From sequence record k141_3637307: DNA of 32,000 nucleotides; one strand, given 5' to 3'. The stretch's first letter is position 1. The number at the start of each line of letters is the position of its first letter. The position numbers and the translations under genes were made by a program. Under the pieces are notes generated by a model. The model saw only the letters and a list, made by a program, of their open reading frames with translations. It was not told the origin of the DNA and did no database searches. This DNA is from a metagenome. Shown piece after piece: positions 28,181 to 32,000 of this stretch.

Positions 28181-28375
28181 GTGCGCGCGACGAGACCGCG
28201 CGTGATGATTGACTTTGTGTCGCTGACGTGGCCGTGGCGAACGACCGCGCTCGAGGCTCGATCGTCGCGTCGCTTCGCGTCGTCGTCGCGCGCACGCGCG
28301 TGAACGCGATCGCGATCGCGCGCCGTTCGACTGACGCGATCGTTTGATCTCGTGTGTTCTCGCACGCTCACGCAG

Positions 28376-29098
28376 GACACGCCCAAGGTGTACTTTGACA
28401 TGCAGCTCGGCCGAGGCGCGGGCGCGACCAAACTCGGTCGCATCGTCATGGAGCTTCGCGCCGACGTCGCGCCCAAGACGGCGGAAAATTTCAAGCAGTT
28501 GTGCGAGAAGCCCGAGGGCGAGGGATACGTGGGATCGAGGTTTCACCGCGTGATTCCGTCGTTTATGTGTCAGGGGGGCGACTTCACCGCCGACAACGGC
28601 ACGGGCGGTAAGTCCATCTACGGACGAACGTTCCCGGACGAAAACTTTACGCTCGGACACGAGGGACCGGGTATTCTCTCCATGGCGAACGCCGGACCGA
28701 ACACGAACGGATCGCAGTTTTTCATCTGCACGGTGGCGACGCCGTTTCTCAACGGCAAGCACACCGTCTTCGGCCAAGTCGTCGAGGGCATGAGCGTGGT
28801 CAAGGCGATCGAATCCGTCGGTTCTCGCGGTGGAGAAACCGCGGCCGACGTCATCATCGGTGATTGCGGCGTCGTCGCGAGCGCGCGCGGCGGCGTGAAG
28901 ACGCGCGCCACCAAGTCGTCGTCGACGCCGGCGTCTCGTCGTTTCGATCGTCAACACTCCACGCTCAGTTTCCGCGCCGCCAACGTCGCCCACGCCCTCG
29001 TCGCGCGCGCCAACTCGAACGTCACGCGTCGACGCGCGTTCCGCGCGTGCGCCGCCATCGCGTGTCGTCGCGGCGTCTCCGCGTTTGCGCGTTTTTAA
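28376..29098 (+). CDS. Cyclophilin-type peptidyl-prolyl cis-trans isomerase (main exon), with a 73-aa basic C-terminal extension
   Basis: KVYFDMQLG...[94 protein letters not shown]. The domain ends at GDCGVV (nt 28876), but the ORF runs on to 29098. There is no in-frame ATG upstream of the first beta strand within this ORF. Confidence 0.85.
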   Translation, partial: DTPKVYFDMQLGRGAGATKLGRIVMELRADVAPKTAENFKQLCEKPEGEGYVGSRFHRVIPSFMCQGGDFTADNGTGGKSIYGRTFPDENFTLGHEGPGILSMANAGPNTNGSQFFICTVATPFLNGKHTVFGQVVEGMSVVKAIESVGSRGGETAADVIIGDCGVVASARGGVKTRATKSSSTPASRRFDRQHSTLSFRAANVAHALVARANSNVTRRRAFRACAAIACRRGVSAFARF

Positions 29099-29221
29099 AT
29101 ATCCACTCGCGTGCGCGCGCTCGACGCCGCGCCGAAGTCTTCTCATCTTCTCCATCTCTCATCGCGGTCCGAGACGCGTTCGTCCGCCTCGCGCGGTCAC
29201 GCCGACGCCCGAAATCCATCG

Positions 29222-30673
29222 ATGCGAGACGTCTCTCGCGCATCGCCCCCCCTTCGCCCCTCGCGCGTCGCTCGCGCCGTCGCCGTCGCCGCGTTCCCCG
29301 TCGTTCACGCGGCGTCGGTTTGGCTCGCGGATCCGCACTCACCGACGCCTCCGCGCGCGACGACGCCCACGCGCCGACTCGCGCGCGTCGTCGCGATGCA
29401 CGCCTCACCCGCACCTCGCCCGCTCGCGGCGACGCCGAGCGCGCACGCCGACGGCGCCGCCGACGCGGTCGCGAGCGCGTTCGCCGCGTTCGCCCCGAGC
29501 GCGTCGACGAGCGCGCTCCAACGCGCGCGTCTGGGCGCGCGCACCGTCGCCCCGAGCGCCAAGGCGTCGCGCGTGGTGGCGGACGAGGTATTTCGAGCGA
29601 TGTGTCTCGCGAGACACGCGCTCAGACGCGCCGAGCGCGGTGAGGACGACGCGGACGATGACGACGAGGACGGGGGCGACGCGTCGAGGGGCGACGGCGC
29701 GGCGACGTGGGACGGACGCGTGCGCGGACCGGCGCGCGCGACGCGGCGGCGACACGAACGAACGCAACGATTCGATTTCTTTCACGAGGTCGTCCCGGTG
29801 TGCGAGGACGGGGGGGAGCTGGAGATGTGCACGACCAATCTCGGGACGGACGCGAGGGCGTGCCCCAAGCGAGGGCGCGCGGCGAGACCGCTCGTCGTCT
29901 GGGCGCACGGCATGCGGGGTGGGCTGGAAAACGATGAGGTGGAGGGACTGTGGAATTTTTGGACGAGAGAAGATCTCGGGCCGTGCGCGGTGGCGAGATA
30001 CAGCGCGCGTGGGTACGGGAAATCGAGCGACGTGCGACGCGCGCGAGAGGCGCGATGGGACGCGCGCGCGAGCGATATGATCGAGGTGGCGCGGAGGATA
30101 CGAGAGGAGGATGGCGGAGAGGTTATGTACGCGGGAACGTCTTTGGGAGGGGCGACGGCGATTTGGGCCACGGTTTTGGCGCACGAGAGTGGCGGGCGAG
30201 ATTTACCCAAAGCCGTCATCGTCGTGACGCCGCCGACGTTTTACGAGGAGCGCGAGGCGAGAAAGAAGAAATTACGGAAAAAAGTGGCGTCTGGGGACGC
30301 CAAGGCGAGTTCGACCGGTCCTCGACGCGTGTTCGAAGCCGCGAGAGAGCCCGTCGTTCCTCCGCCGCCGTCGCTGGCGAACCCGAACGATTCGTGCGCC
30401 GTGGAGGTGCTCATCGGTTCGGCGCAATCCAACCTGCCGGAGCCCGAGCGCGTGCGAGACGCGTTCGCCAACATTCCGCTCCTGTGCTTGGCTTGGGATT
30501 GCGGCGACGTCACGCACCCGGTGTCGAGCGCCATGATAATTAAAGATCTCATTCCGCACGCCGAGCTCGTCGTCGCGTCGAGCAAAGAAGATTACGACAT
30601 CGTCAAGGAGATTCGAGCGCGGTGGTCGGGCGCCATCGGAGAATTTATTCGTCGTCATCTCGACATTGTGTGA
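29222..30673 (+). CDS. Alpha/beta-hydrolase-fold protein (start uncertain)
   Basis: LVVWAHGMRGG, the nucleophile-elbow GxSxG motif in YAGTSLGGATAIW, and PLLCLAWDCGDVTHP (His-loop-like) near the C-terminus. The track start at 29111 is GTG. In-frame ATGs occur at 29222, 29396 and 29600. I recognise nothing in the first 200 or so residues. Confidence 0.6.
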   Translation: MRDVSRASPPLRPSRVARAVAVAAFPVVHAASVWLADPHSPTPPRATTPTRRLARVVAMHASPAPRPLAATPSAHADGAADAVASAFAAFAPSASTSALQRARLGARTVAPSAKASRVVADEVFRAMCLARHALRRAERGEDDADDDDEDGGDASRGDGAATWDGRVRGPARATRRRHERTQRFDFFHEVVPVCEDGGELEMCTTNLGTDARACPKRGRAARPLVVWAHGMRGGLENDEVEGLWNFWTREDLGPCAVARYSARGYGKSSDVRRAREARWDARASDMIEVARRIREEDGGEVMYAGTSLGGATAIWATVLAHESGGRDLPKAVIVVTPPTFYEEREARKKKLRKKVASGDAKASSTGPRRVFEAAREPVVPPPPSLANPNDSCAVEVLIGSAQSNLPEPERVRDAFANIPLLCLAWDCGDVTHPVSSAMIIKDLIPHAELVVASSKEDYDIVKEIRARWSGAIGEFIRRHLDIV

Positions 30674-30790
30674 GGGATGAAAATCGCCGCGCCGCACCGT
30701 GTACCATCATTCTTTCATCAATAACATTCGTACAGTACAGCGCATGAATACATGTTTATTTTACAACGCGAGCGCGGCGGTAGTTCGTCG

Positions 30791-32000
<1,210 letters not shown>

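Noticed and set aside
28301-28303. In-frame TGA in the cyclophilin gene as selenocysteine or programmed readthrough
   Set aside because: The surrounding residues ([18 protein letters not shown]) are low-complexity and not part of the cyclophilin fold. A good branch site, polypyrimidine tract and unique AG acceptor just downstream make an intron the simpler explanation.
28106-29155. 349-aa minus-strand ORF over the cyclophilin locus
   Set aside because: It is antisense to a canonical cyclophilin domain and Arg-rich with no motifs.

Overview
This 32-kb window looks like gene-dense, GC-rich nuclear DNA from a eukaryote, not a prokaryote. It encodes eukaryote-specific proteins: ARL1 GTPase, WEE1 kinase, RRN3/TIF-IA, an Eco1/CTF7 cohesin acetyltransferase, a CAMTA-like TIG-ankyrin protein and a RING-H2 ligase. 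Next to them sit plastid or organelle-lineage functions: phytoene desaturase, organellar-type RecA, MutS2 and the glycine-cleavage T protein. I count about 20 mostly single-exon genes on both strands, separated by spacers of roughly 60-670 nt. Third codon positions are strongly G/C biased, which creates many long spurious antisense and alternate-frame ORFs in the track. Composition and gene set fit a mamiellophycean picoalga (Ostreococcus/Micromonas type), but that is an inference and needs a BLAST check. I found no CRISPR array, rRNA, recognisable transposon, or operon-like defence or biosynthetic system, and I do not claim one. Neighbouring genes have their own start contexts and mixed orientations. 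The observations most worth a second look are these. (1) A coding-like, metallothionein-like 70-codon Cys-rich ORF lies in frame with the Ubl-LRR gene, separated from its ATG only by TGA-TCG; it could be a bicistronic/uORF arrangement or a readthrough unit. (2) The divergent cyclophilin gene is split by an in-frame TGA, best explained by a 195-nt intron, which puts its ATG only 53 nt from the Cys-rich ORF's ATG. (3) A tRNA-Ala(CGC)-like gene has a canonical 37/38 intron but no recognisable T-loop or 3' acceptor strand. (4) An imperfect tandem duplication of about 150-165 nt in the helicase/MutS2 bidirectional spacer also duplicates the first codons of the MutS2 ORF. (5) Tetranucleotide microsatellites sit directly upstream of two start codons. 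Several start codons in the supplied track are GTG/TTG, and I moved those to the first in-frame ATG.
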